From: the human T2T-CHM13v2.0 reference genome, Homo sapiens
NCBI RefSeq assembly: GCF_009914755.1
Contig: NC_060943.1
Direction: 5' to 3' (one strand)
DNA length: 64,000 nt
Numbering within the stretch: position 1 is the first letter of the stretch; each line of letters opens with the position of its first letter. A model generated the notes under the pieces. That model had not been told where the DNA came from. It did not search any database and saw nothing but the letters and a program-made list of their open reading frames with translations. Made by a program: the position numbers and the translations under genes. Of this stretch, positions 42,394 to 55,499 are shown piece by piece.

Positions 42394-42949
42394 TTCCAAG
42401 GAGTAAGTTTTTCATAAAAAGCTAAATGTATTTTCTTTAAAGGATTATCTGTTATTTGGGGAGGATTTTCATTTTGAGACAACATAGAGATGGCAGCTAT
42501 TTATGCTCACATTTTTATCATGTGGACTGCACCTGGTATCCCGAAGCCTGAGCACATCCAGGACATGGGACATTTCTACCTGCCCGTCCTGTTGCTACCT
42601 GGAGTGTGTTAGGCTGAGACCTCATCATCCACCTTTCTGGGTCCTGTGTCTCACAGGGAGGTCTCTGGGCTCGTCTGTCCTCTAACCTCTTGACCCAGGG
42701 ATCTCCTGCAGGAACCATCATGAGCTCACCCCTCATTCAGTGGATCACATTCATTCGTTCTTTTTCCTCTACTTCTTTGGGCTCCTCCTCCATCTCTCCA
42801 TGCCACTGCCACTCCTGAAATTCAGAGACCTGTCATCTCCTGCTCACATTGCAGCATAGCCTCCAACTATTCCCGAGCCAGTGCGTTTTCAGCTCACCCT
42901 CATCCGCCAAGCAAAGGCCAGTGTGCCCATCTAGTTTAAACACGGCTTT

Positions 42950-43265
42950 AGTCTAGAAGTCACACACTGGAGGCCTTGGGGCTGTGCCCAATAAGAAGAC
43001 ATAGTAGCTACCCAGGGATGGTTTCTTCTTCTTCTCTTTTTCTTTTTGGTCAACATGTGTATATCTAAATATCAGAAGGCCCTGGCAAGGCTGGGTTTGC
43101 ATTCTCGCATGTCAGTAATTACCTGGGGCTAAGCTTCCCCTTTGAGGCAGCTGGCCCTCTCCAGTTTGCCCAGATCCCGCCACTGCATGTTGTCTCTCAC
43201 ATGGTCCACTCCATTCATGAAGGTCACCTACCCATCATCTGAAGGCCCTGGTGGCTGCAACCCCT
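42950..43265. mobile_element. hAT-Charlie MER102-like element
   Basis: 'atcagaaggccctggcaaggctggg...ctctccagtttgcccagatcccgccact' matches the recalled MER102 body. Confidence 0.55.
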
Positions 43266-43539
43266 ACGTGGTTTCCATCACCCTTCTTTCCAAGAAAAGT
43301 AAGCCCATAGATTCTGCGCAGAACTGAAAGAAAACTATTAAGTTAGGAGGCTGCCGTTAAGTTCCTTCCATGGTTTGGTGAGCCAGCAATAGCTCTCTAC
43401 CTTGACTTCCCTTTCTGTGAAATGGGGATGCAATCAATCTTCACGTCTGGAGTACAAAGAGATGCCATGAAGAAGCACATTTACTTTGAATGCTCTGATC
43501 TCGTTGGAGAGCAGGTAACATAAAAATCCAAGGTGTTAT

Positions 43540-44130
43540 TATTAGATAGTAAGAAATTTTGTTCCATGCTAATTAAACTCACACCTTACCACTTCCACAC
43601 GGGGAAGAGGCAGCATGACAGCCTGACATGTTAGGAGCGGGAAGAGTTCTGCATGCGAGCACAAGACAGGCTGCCTCCTCCTCGCCGCGCCTGGCCGTGA
43701 TGTGTGTGTAAATCTGCCTTCCAGCTCCTTCCTCTCATCCAACCGGGACTCCGACATTTGCAGAGAGGCTGATGGAGCTCTCAGCTCTGCACAGAGCATT
43801 GACTGTTCTCCGCGCGTGTTAAGAAGTTGTCAGGCTGGGGTCAGGCAGGTGAAGATTTAGTGAAGCAGCCAACAAAGTTTCCCCGCCATTGGGTTGCCAC
43901 CACTTATGGAAACGCCTGCAGAACGCAAGCGAGAAAACAGATATTTCTCCTGCGATGACTTTAGCACTCCTTTGGGGATGGGGACATTAAGTCTTCCTCC
44001 ACCGCCAGGAGGCTGCTGACAGGGCTGCCTCCCGAAGACTTGGTAGGGGGCGCCTTGAAGGAGAGTGGGCGCCAGCTCTATCGATCCGATTGCCCTATTG
44101 CAAGGGACAATTGCAGGAGAAAACAGCGGG
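43540..44130. promoter_or_regulatory. Candidate enhancer with local CpG retention
   Basis: Repeat-free. CTAATTAA, paired TGACA sites and CG clusters (ctcgccgcgcc, ccgcgcgtg). Confidence 0.35.
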
Positions 44131-44639
44131 TTTTTTTTCTCCTCCTTATTCCAGGGCCAAAGAAAAGACTATCCATGGAAGGTAATGTAGCTGTCACCAA
44201 GGAGAGAGAAGCGGAAATTCACGGTTCTCTTGTGAGGCAAAGACATCTGTGTTATTGCACCCTAAGCCAATAGTTTTTAAAACAAAGTCATAAAACAAGC
44301 TACTGTATATAAAAGAGGTGGAAGCTATGCAGGGCTCTCCCCTACTCTGTGCAGGGATTTGAAAAGAAGCAAACCTTAAAAGAAAAAAAGCAGAATGAGG
44401 ATGACTGACTACAGAAAGCCTGAGGGATGTGGGTGGAGCTAAGAGGTGGTGGGGTGGCTTCCCTCCAACAGGAAGGATGCCTGCTTGCACTCAGGAGGGA
44501 GGGTTTGGGGGCACATGAAGAGTGAGGAGCTGGACAGAGGTGACACCCAGGCCTCCTTCAGCTCCAGCCCAGGAGAGGGTCAGGGCATATGCAGTCCCAG
44601 AGCTCTGTCACTGTCATGCACACACTCACCTGTGCTGAG

Positions 44640-44830
44640 CACCCATGGGCATACTCAGCTTCCACAAACATCTACCCATCTGATTTCCAAAACCACCTGG
44701 GAGACAGGCCAGATGGAATTACCGTCCTCATTTTTTTTTTTTTTCAGATGAAAGAACAGCAACTTGGAGAGATCCTCCTAGTTGGCCAAAGCCATGGTAC
44801 AGGTCTTCTGACCTAAAATCCAGTGCCCTA
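44640..44830 (-). mobile_element. MIR SINE
   Basis: 'cctcatttt...cagatgaaagaac...ggtcttctgacctaaaatccagtgc'. Confidence 0.6.
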
Positions 44831-45819
44831 TTTTTTTTTTTTAATAAAACCTTCTTTCTTCTTCTCTGTCAAGGTAGGTCCATCAGCCTGAGTCTAAAAC
44901 CCACTTAACTCCAGTGGATGGTGACATGCACTAGGCTGTTCTTGCCAATCCTATAGAAAGCCATGTGTTTGGCCCTCATGGCCATTGTAGATCACCGGGA
45001 CCTGCTAGAATCCTACTACAGCCTGTTGGCAGACTGTTTCTTGGATGGCTGGACTGGAAAGACTTCACCAAATGGGCCAATTATCTAAATGGTGAGTTGC
45101 TGTTCTATTTATTTCTAAGGGATACAGTTTGGGCCCTAGAATTACAGAATTCAGAATGGGAGGGGGCCTTCATTCAACTTCCCATCAGCATAAGAATCTT
45201 CTCCCAAAGTTCTTGACTGGTGATGCTCTGGTCTTCCTGCACTACAGGGGGCATGGAGCCTGTCCTATGCACAGACCTGGTGAAGGGCACCAGCCACCCT
45301 TTTGTACCAGATATTCCCACCGTGTGTCCTGGCCACGCCCTTCATTGCACTGGGATGATGCCCACATGTACCAATCCCTATACTGGCCAGTGACCTCTGA
45401 CCCTGCAGCAAAAGATAAGCTGAACCACTGTCCTTCCAGGAATGGGAGCTAAGATCAGTGTCAGAGGGCAGGGGACTTCCAGGTTGTGGGTCAGTTTCAG
45501 GTAGACAGAGCCACACTGGCAAGCCAACAACCAATGAGAGCTGGGGTTTTGAGGAATGGAAACTGTGAGAAGGAAACAAGGCTAGTGGGATGCAGGGAAG
45601 GATGCAGTAGACCCATGCCATGTGGCTGGCCTATGCTAGCATTGATCATCCAGGTCACCACCGGGGTCTGACCCTAGCTCAAGTCAGTATGAACAGGGGC
45701 AGACCTGCGGTATACGGCTGCACAAGCTGTGCACTGCACAAATTATGACCTCTTCTGGTTGGCAACATTATGGGAGCCTTTGCCTGGCTTCCAGAACCCA
45801 GGCTAGAGGTCACACACTG

Positions 45820-46020
45820 GAGGGTTGGGTTTGAGCTCAGCTCTGCCTCTGACTGGGTGGCTTCAATGGAACCCTGCCTCTCTCAGGGCTCAGTGCTGGC
45901 TGCCTGTGAAATAGAATAGCAATGCCAGTCCCACCTGCCTCAATGTGCTCAGGAGATGAGAAGATTGTGATGAGAAGGGGCTTTTAACATAAAAGCCCCA
46001 TGCAAATATAAAAGTTATCG
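45820..46020 (+). mobile_element. MIR SINE
   Basis: 'gggtttgagctcagctctgcctctgactgggtg...ctcagtg...ctgtgaaatag'. Confidence 0.6.
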
Positions 46021-46468
46021 TTCTTTAAAAAATGTTCTGTGATGTGAAGAGTGGACGTGGATTCATCAGTGGAAACAGGAAATGGGTGGATGAGTCAGCT
46101 GGGCCCGGGTGGACATAGTTCATAAGGGAAACACTTGCTCTCCGGCATTGGGAAAAAGAGTGTGGATGGCTCTCAGCAGCCAGTGCCCTCCTCCTCCAAG
46201 TGCAGCAAGTGTGGCCACAGCTCATAGGTGCCCCTTCTCGGGATAACCACCTCTGCCATGGAAGCTGCCATGCCTGGGAAGCTGTGTTCCTGTCACCCCC
46301 TCCTAGGGCAGCCACAGCCACTTACCGGCTGAGATGAAAGGCCAGGCCCTTCCCGCCAGTTGCAGGCTGTGCTCCAGAACCCTCTCCCAGTGGAGCCAAA
46401 GTGAGGCTTTCCCTGAGACCGTGTCCTGATGGGGTGTTTCTCAAGCCCTATCCTGCACCCTCTATCTC

Positions 46469-46640
<172 letters not shown>

Positions 46641-46910
46641 CTCCCTCCATCTCTTAATAGGCCTTGCACAAAGATACTCCTTCAGAGCTCATCTCATAAA
46701 AATCCCTGGGGCAGGCCCTACTTCACCAGAGCCCAACGTACAGCGGCAGCTGGCAGAGAAGTGAGTGCGGGAGCACTTGATTGAATCTTCATGTAGCCAG
46801 GCCCTCCACATGCCTGAGCCACTGTACTGGGGCATAGGGTAGGGGAGCCTGGAAGCAAACTCTGCATCCTAGATTCACATGCAGACATGTCCTTAAGAGG
46901 GGTCCCTGAA

Positions 46911-47320
46911 TCCAAATGTCCATCAATGATAGACTGGATAAAGAAAATGTGGCACATATACACCATGGAATACTATGCAGCCTTAAAAAAGAATGAGTTC
47001 ATGTCCTTTGCAGGGACATGGATGAAGCTGGAAACCATCATCCTCAGCAAACTAATACAGGAACAGAAAACTAAACACCGCATGTTCTCACTCATAAGTG
47101 GGAGCTGAACAATGAGAACACATGGACACAGGCATGGGGGGCCTGACAGGGGGAAAGAGGAGGGAGAGCATTAGCACAAATACCTAATGCATGCGGAGCT
47201 TAAAACCTAGATGACAGGTTGACAGGTGCAGCAAACCGTGGCACATGTATACCTATGTAACAAACCTGCACTTTCAGCACATGTATCCCAAAACTTAAAG
47301 TAAAATTAAAAAAAGAAAAA
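46911..47320 (+). mobile_element. 5'-truncated L1PA (ORF2 C-terminus, 3'UTR, A tail)
   Basis: ORF 46887-47108 translates the L1 ORF2p C-terminus (WIKKMWHIYTMEYYAA...HRMFSLISGS*), followed by 3'UTR and an A-rich tail. Confidence 0.95.
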
Positions 47321-47404
47321 AGAGGGAAGGAGGAAAGTACTGAGCAGAGGGAGAAGGTGAACCGGGATGCAGGCACACGTGAGGCCTTGGCCAGTCCCAC
47401 AGGC

Positions 47405-48097
<693 letters not shown>

Positions 48098-48594
48098 TTT
48101 GGAAGGGCCCCATCTTTGCATCCTGTCTCAACCAGTAATTGGGTGTAGGCTGCCCCCAGGGCATGGTATGACCTTGGGGAGCCAGCTTTCTCTAGCAGAG
48201 GTCAATTCTTAGAAGGAATTCGGCTGAAAGCTGTCAGGGACCAGCCTTCTCGGGAGCCAGAGAATGCATCTCTTGTTCCTAAAGGGGTCATCTGCATGGT
48301 GTAGCTACTATGTCCTTCCATCATGGGGCAAGCAGAGCTTTCCCTCAGAGTCAACTTATCTCAAGCATAAAGGATTCGGTTTTTCCAACGGAATTTCCAA
48401 ATCATTGCTGGGTACCTAGTGCTGTACAAGTGAATCCCTCAGGTACGTTGCATCTGCCTGTGAAGAGACCGCTATGTGGGAGGAGAGGCAGGCAAGGCAC
48501 GGCTTATACCTTGGCCACAGTGACTGCATGTCCGCCCAGGCCATTCCTCCCCACTCCGTCCCCAAGCTCCGTGGACCTACCTGCCTTTATAGGT

Positions 48595-49022
48595 TGTGAA
48601 CCCAGAAAATCTGAGATAGGTCTCGGTTAATTTAGAAAGCTTATTTGGCCAAGGTTGAGGACGTGCCCGTGACAGAGCCTCAGGAAGTCCTGATGAAATG
48701 TTGCCCAAGGTGGTCAGGGCACAGCTTGGTTTTATACATTTTAGGGAGACATGTGGTTCGGTCTGGAAAGGTGGGACAACTTGAAGCAAAGGCAGGAAGA
48801 CTGGAAGTGGGGAGCGAGCTTCCAGGTCACAGGTGAGACACAAACCCTTACATTCTTTTGAGTTTCTGATTAGACTCTCCAAAGGAAGCAAATCAGATAT
48901 GCATCTATCCCACAGAGCAGAGGGGTGACTTTGAATAGAATGAGAGGCAGGTTTGCCCCAAGCAGTTTCCAGCTTGAGTTTTCCTTAGCGATTTTGGGGG
49001 CCCAGGATATTTTCCTTTTTCA
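48595..49022 (-). mobile_element. ERV1 solo LTR (MER4A-like)
   Basis: TG...CA termini. Perfect 4-bp TSD AGGT (48591-48594 and 49023-49026). MER4-type body 'cccaaggtggtcagggcacagcttggttttatacattttagggagacatg'. Confidence 0.88.
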
Positions 49023-50009
49023 AGGTGCTGAAGGGATCCCAAGAAGCGAGGGACTGATTTTTTTTTTTTCTCAGCCCCATTGCAATGGAATTTTTTCATT
49101 GTTTTCCTCATGTTCTACCTGCAGGAGTGTACCCTGCACCGCTTCATGCAGGACATTCTGAAGAGTGTGAGAAGCAAAAAAAGAATCTTTGCAATGTATA
49201 TTAGTAACATTTAATTAGCCTTGGATTACTTATTAAGTGACAATTATCCCTATTATGCCTGTCACAGATGAGCGACTACATACTGTCTATGGTTTATGGG
49301 CCTAAAGTTCTCCACGGAGTGTCACAAATTCCCATTATGTCCCCAGCGCTGGGCTTTGCATTTGGAATGTGAGCAGAGGTGAATCGTCCCCTTTGCACAG
49401 CCAGATGTATCCCTGTTGACTTGGCAATGAGGCAGGGTCGGGCCAGCCTTCCTTCTGGTAAATGCAGAAAACTCATTAGCAGACACACTGTTGATGGGGT
49501 GCCCTGGCTGGCGGAAGGGGATTGAGCCATTGAAACTGGACAGGTCTCCTCCCCAGGCATCATCCTAAATTCTAGTCTCACAGATGTCACACTGGAGGGC
49601 CTCTGGAGATCATATCTTCAAACCTTTGAATTTGTCGCTGGGAAATCAGAGTTGCAGAGAGCATGTACGGTGTGTCTCTGGACCACAGCTGCATCCCTGA
49701 ACATTCCCACTATGCCAGAGGCATGCCCTAGACACAGAATCCTGGACACCTCGCTACAGAAAGGTCCTTTTTAGCCAAATGTCCAAATGTCCCATAAGCC
49801 ACATTCCCTCTCTGTGACCTCTTTCTGACAACTCCCTTTCCATAGAAGCTGGAGATCTCAGGAATATGTAGACAGCTAATGACCTCCCCCATCATCACCA
49901 CCCCAAAAGTCACTGTGATACATGGAGAGATGGGCGCCATATTCCTCAAGTTCTATGGTGCATGAAATCCTGCCTTTAGACTTTTTATGTGGAATATGTC
50001 ATACTCTTT

Positions 50010-50534
50010 TTTTTAATATTTTTTATTATACTTTAAGTTCAGGGTACATGTGCATGACGTGCAGGTTTGTTAAATGCTCATGATCACTGGCCATCAGAGA
50101 AATGCAAATCAAAACCACAGTGAAATATCATCTCACACCAGTTAGAATGGCGATCATTAAAAAGTCAGGAAACAACAGGTGCTGGAGAGGATGTGGAGAA
50201 ATAGGAACACTTGTACACTGTTGGTGGGACTGTAAACTAGTTTAACTATTGTGGAAGACAGTGTGGTGATTCCTCAGGGATCTAGAACTAGAAATACCAT
50301 TTGACCCAGCCATCCCATTACTGCGTATATACTCAAAGGAATATAAATCATGCTGCTATAAAGATACATGCACACGTATGTTTATTGAGCCACTACTCGC
50401 AATAGCAAAGACTTGGAACCAACCCAAATGTCCAACAATGATAGACTGGATTAAGAAAATGTGGCACATATACACCATGGAATACTATGCAGCCATAAAA
50501 AATGATGAGTTCATGTCCTTTGTAGGGACATGGA
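50010..50534 (-). mobile_element. 5'-inverted (twin-primed) L1PA insertion
   Basis: Antisense 3' terminus 50010-50071 joined to a sense ORF2 fragment 50072-50534. 20-bp TSD at 49990-50009 and 50531-50550. Confidence 0.92.
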
Positions 50535-50666
50535 ATATGCCATACTCTTTAAAGAATGTATACTGTCTCCAACACAAGCCATCAACTCTTTGGCATAAAC
50601 GAGCTTTCGAATTTCCTCTGTAAAGTGCATTTTAAAACACCAAGGTCTAAGAAAAGTCAGACATGG

Positions 50667-50997
50667 GGCCAGGTATTGTGGCTCATGCCTGTAATCCATC
50701 ACTTTGGGAGGCAGAAGCGAGTGTATCGCTTGAGCTCAGGAGTTAGAGACCAGCCTAGGCAACATGGCGAAACCCCATCTCTACTAAAAATACAAAAATT
50801 AGCCAGGCACGGTGGTGCATGCCTGTAGTCCAGCTACTTGGCGGGCCAAAGTGGGAAGATCGCTTGAGTCCCAGAGGCAGAGGTTGCAGCAGTGAGCCTG
50901 GATTATCTTTCTCGGATCTGTGAGCCAAGATCACACGACTACACTCCAGCCAGGGCAACAGAGCAAGACCCTGCCTTCAAAAAAAAAAAAAAAAAAA
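50667..50997 (+). mobile_element. Alu (J/early S) with small internal insertion
   Basis: Full Alu with poly-A. TSD aaaag(t/c)cagac(a/t)tgg. Confidence 0.93.
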
Positions 50998-51879
50998 GCC
51001 AGACTTGGAGAGGGGACCCAAAGGTAAATCAGGGACAGTCCCACCCTGGGGGAGAAACTGACCAAGATGGGGAGTTTCTTGCAGGCTTCCCAAGGAGTGA
51101 AGGAGGTGGGCAAAACAAGGATGGAGAATGAGCAGCCTTAGAGGCCACATGCCCCTGGCGGGAGGTGGGGGAGAAAAATATAAGCTGGGGAAGCATCCTG
51201 GTAGTGTCTTACCATCTGACCATTTTACACAACTGAAACTCAGAGCTTTTGTACAAGGGCAGCCAAAACAGATTTGCAAGTTAAATGTAAACAAAACCAC
51301 AAAACTATTACATTTAAATAGAAAGTATTACAAAACAATGGAATTTAAATCAGCAATATTAATTCAGCACAACGGATTTGTCCTGTTCTGACGTAAAAGG
51401 CTGTTCACAGTATGTGAGTGGCAATCAGGGCCACCCAGTGCACTGTGTCCTGTTTGGCCAGCCCCCCTTGGCATGGGCTATGGTCTGATTCCCTCACTTA
51501 CCACAGTGAAGCCTTCACACATCCAGCCACTGTGTGCCAGGCGGCCTATCCTTGGACAGAACACATCACCTATTCATAGCAAGTCTCTCTCGGCAATTCT
51601 CATTAGTCTGCAACAACTGGGACTGCACTACTTTGCCAAACTGATCAAACCATAAAATCAAACACCAGCTCTGACATCACATGGTGGCATTCAGGCTGGG
51701 CTTCCATAATCCTTGTAAACATAACATTATACAATTCACAAATAGTAAGAGCTTATGATCTACCAGTTAAAAGCTGAGACATAGAGATCAGGCTGAAACT
51801 CTCTTTCATCACTGCCATGAACTTCATCCCATCTAAGTACAACCTTGTCCAAAGCAGAGGCAGATGTTGCAGGATTTTC

Positions 51880-52140
51880 GGGATGGAGTCTAAGGCCCAG
51901 AGGCCTGGGGTGGAGTCATCATTCTACCGCTTTGTGCTGTGTGGTCTTGGCGAGTCATCATTCTGCCGCTTTGTGCTGTGTGATCTTGGACAAGTGACTT
52001 CACCTCTCTGTGCTTCAACTCCTCATTCTGTAAAATAAAACTCAGATGGTAACTGCCCCCATAAAATCGCTGCGAGCATCATAGGCATGTTAATGTATGT
52101 GAAATATTTAGAACAGTGGCTGGCACTATGTTAGCACATG
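51880..52140 (+). mobile_element. MIR SINE with internal 39-bp tandem duplication
   Basis: 'gctgtgtgatcttggacaagtgacttcacctctctgtgcttcaactcctcattctgtaaaat'. Confidence 0.8.
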
Positions 52141-52376
52141 TAATGTAAATAAGCATTACTCTCAGGTTGATGTGGCTCTTTCTAGATCATTTGTACACAT
52201 TTACTAATGTGCAAATATATTCAGTATGTTTTGATGTTTTAAAAAATATTTAAAGATGCAATCATACTTCCTGAATCATTCTGCAACTAGCCTTTGCTCT
52301 AAATAATCCATGAGCTTCAATATTTCCTCCCCAACACATCACTACACACGTGCCAAGCAGATCTGAAAGAGCATTT

Positions 52377-52838
52377 GAATGGGTGCGGCAGTCCACACCT
52401 GTAATATCAGCACTTTGAGAGGCTAAGCTGGGAGGACTGCTTAAGTCCAGGAGTTTGAGTCCAGCCTGGGTAACATAGTGAGACTCTGTCTCTACCAAAA
52501 GATACAAAAATTAGCTGGGCGTAGTGGCACGTGCCTGCAATCTCAGCACTTTGGGAGGCTGAGGCAGGGGGATTGCTTAAGACCAGGAGTTCAAGACTAG
52601 TGTGGCAACATAGCAAGACCCTTTCTCTATGAAAAAATAAAAAATAAAATTATCCGACCCTGATAGTGTGCACATGTGGTCCTATCTGCTAAGGAGGCAG
52701 AGGCAGTAGGATTGCTTGAGCCCAGGAGTTCAAGGCTTCAGTGAGCCATGATTACACCACTGCACTCCAGCCCGGGTGATAGAATGAGATCCTGTCTGTA
52801 ATCCGACCAACCAACCAAACCAACAAACAAAAGCAAAC
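52377..52838 (+). mobile_element. Trimeric AluJ-like element (left-left-right arms)
   Basis: Two left-arm units, each ending in an A-rich linker (~52500 and ~52640), then a right arm and (CAAA/CCAA)n tail. Confidence 0.85.
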
Positions 52839-53399
52839 ATATAGAGCTGAGACTAAGGGTGGTGCTGGCTCATCCTCCGCCTGCTCCACTGGTCCTCTCT
52901 GGCCTAGCCTTTCAGAGCACAGCACTGCAGTAGCTCTCTCTGCTGATTCTGCCGTGCTGGGGCCTCCAAGTGCCTTTTACAGCACATTAGGAATCTGGCA
53001 CCATAAGCACTGAACTTTCCTAAACTGAAGTTCATTTTAAATGCACTAAGGCAAAGAACAATTCAGAGGAAACTTAGCCCATCTGTGTGTGTGCGTGTGT
53101 GTGCACGCATGTGTGCATGCATGCAAGTATGCAAAGAGTCCCCTGGGAATTGCTCTAGCTCATGTATTAGGGCACATGTGGACTGTGTATTGTGAGAGCA
53201 GAGCTACCTACAATGGCAGCCACTGTATTTTTCAATATTAAAAACCACTCCTGGTTACTGGCAAACAGCCACCTTCTCTGCTGTGGAAAGCCTCATGCCC
53301 TGGGCTCCTCACCTTACCTAATGACAAGATATGCACATAGGCAACATGTTTGGAGGATGGCAGGGGCTGAAGGGATTATGGCTAGAGCACCGGGCCAGC

Positions 53400-54060
53400 A
53401 GCCCACCTCTCCTCCACAGAAGACAGAGCAGAAAGCATGGCGGCAGGCATTTAACTCTGCACTTAGCCGCTGCTCATTAACGAGCTCTCTGGTGGAAGTC
53501 TTTGCAGCTACTCTCTGGCACTGGAGGTTTTGTCATCCCACCCACGACAACCTCTGTTAGTCAATAATAACAGCTTATTTAAAAATAGCAGCATCAACTG
53601 TTTGCACTGTTATTATCTGTGCCTGGCTTCTAGCCCCAGAAGACTTGGGAAAGGTGTGCGACCTGCTTTTCCGGAGCTTCTCTTGCTGAACCTGTTTCCA
53701 GATCTGGGGAAAAGACAGGCACATCTTTAGCAAACACTCACAATGTAATTGCCAGGCAGTTATGGGCTGCGACAGTAAAATACAGCAGTTGGCGGCACGG
53801 TAGGTTCATTAGTCAATAAAGCATTGCCACGCGTTTTATTGAATTGTAACCCTATTTTGCCCTGATGCGGACCTTGTGGAGCCTCTACCTTCACATAAAT
53901 CTGAGTGATTCATTTAGCATTCAAAGTCGAGTAAAAGGAGGATTTGGTCCAATTCCAATGCAACCCTGCTCCATTAGCTATCTCTATTATTATCTGCCTT
54001 TGCCTCCTCCGTCAGTGGGGACATTTTGATAAAAGCTTACATCGGAAATAAATCAGGGAG
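53400..54060. promoter_or_regulatory. Candidate conserved enhancer (posterior HOX/CDX-type motifs)
   Basis: CAATAAA (53814-53820), TTTTATTG (53834-53841) and multiple CATTA/TAAT cores. Repeat-free. Confidence 0.45.
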
Positions 54061-55499
54061 TGAATGGCAGGACATGAACAAAATAGCTTTCCTATAGGCC
54101 ACTCTGTCCCTGGAATGCCCAGGAATGGCTCAGGGCTGGTAAGGAGACCGAGTGGACGATTCCCCTGGCATCCCTGCATCCAGCCATCCAACCCACTCAA
54201 GACGCCGCTGGTAAATGTATACTACGCTCCTATTTTTCTAATATCTGACTTGAAATACATTTGACATGGTCTACTTAATGTTAGATAGCTGAAAAATATT
54301 TTATTATTTACATTGTTTATTTCAGGACAGAGATTTAGCTCTATCACTAAAATGTCCACCCCCAAAGTGAGCAGGATTCTAAAACTAGAAAATAATAACA
54401 GGGCACAAGTCAATGTTATTCATTCCATATCTGTGAGAAGTACCCCAAATAATTTGCTAATTTTAAAAAATCATATCTGTTTGCAAGCAATATTCTCATA
54501 TGGTTGGGGGATCTGGGATAATCAGAGCAAGAAGGTGGACTTACAAATTGTAGGGAGTGGAAAATAGAAAAAAGATTTATAAAATAATATGAAAATATGG
54601 GTGCTGATGAGAAACACAATTTTTACTTTTAGAAAATGGTATTTTTAAAGTGTAAGAAATGCAAAATTGATTACTGAGATCTAGGATCAACGACCAGCTA
54701 TTTTTTTAAAAAACTGGCCAAAAAAATAGGAGGAAAATACTAAAAATTAAGGCAAATTCAAAAGAGAATAAGATAGAAGACAGGAATTTCAATGACCCAA
54801 CATCAAGTCCATACTCTGACCTGCCTGCCCCACTAGAAGGAAAATGAGCATATCTTTTTACCCATGCCTTGTCTGAGAACCCCAAAGTGTCCAGTTATTT
54901 CTGAGACTTGAAGACAGTGCCCCATAATCCCATGGTGGGGTGCTGCTTGGCTTTTTAATTATGTTAATTACATGTTTGCTTCCTTGGAGTTTGAGGCCAG
55001 TGGTCCCGTTCAGCATTGCACCTTATACAGAACCAGTAACAGCAGCATCGGGGGAGGAAGCATCAGTTAAGGGAACCACAGGTGTGCTATTTGTTTCCGA
55101 TGGCCTTCCTCGTCTCCTGATAGCTGACAGTTCAGCAAAGGGAATTAGTAGCACTTGTGGGCAAAGAACCGAAGAGACTCTTTTTCCCTATTCGATGAGT
55201 GCCATATGAAAGGTTGTTTCCGTAGCAGCTCAGAGCCCTCCTTGCTGTCTCCTAAAGAGAAGCCTGCCAAGTCGGGGCTGTGGGTTTTAAGAGGTACAAA
55301 CAAAGGTGGCATGGTAGGGCAGACCAGAGGTGCGGGGACTCAATGCAGACTTCCCCATGGTTTCAGGGTGTCAATTTCCAAAATGTGGTCCCTGCTCTCC
55401 TTCCCGCCAGACTCTGAGAAGCAAACCTTGCTGGCAGGAAACCTAGCCAGGAGTGGCTCCGTTCCCTGGCCTCTTCTTTTTTTCTGCCACGTGTAGCCC

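Noticed and set aside
46320-46330. Minus-strand donor CCG|GTAAGT
   Set aside because: Isolated motif with no matching acceptor or coding frame. Expected by chance in 64 kb.
46887-47108. ORF with clear protein homology (L1 ORF2p C-terminus), also 50378-50623
   Set aside because: Truncated L1 fragments, not genes. Annotated as mobile elements.
51913-51989. Short direct repeats as a CRISPR-like array
   Set aside because: Only two adjacent copies without spacers, inside a MIR, in eukaryotic DNA.
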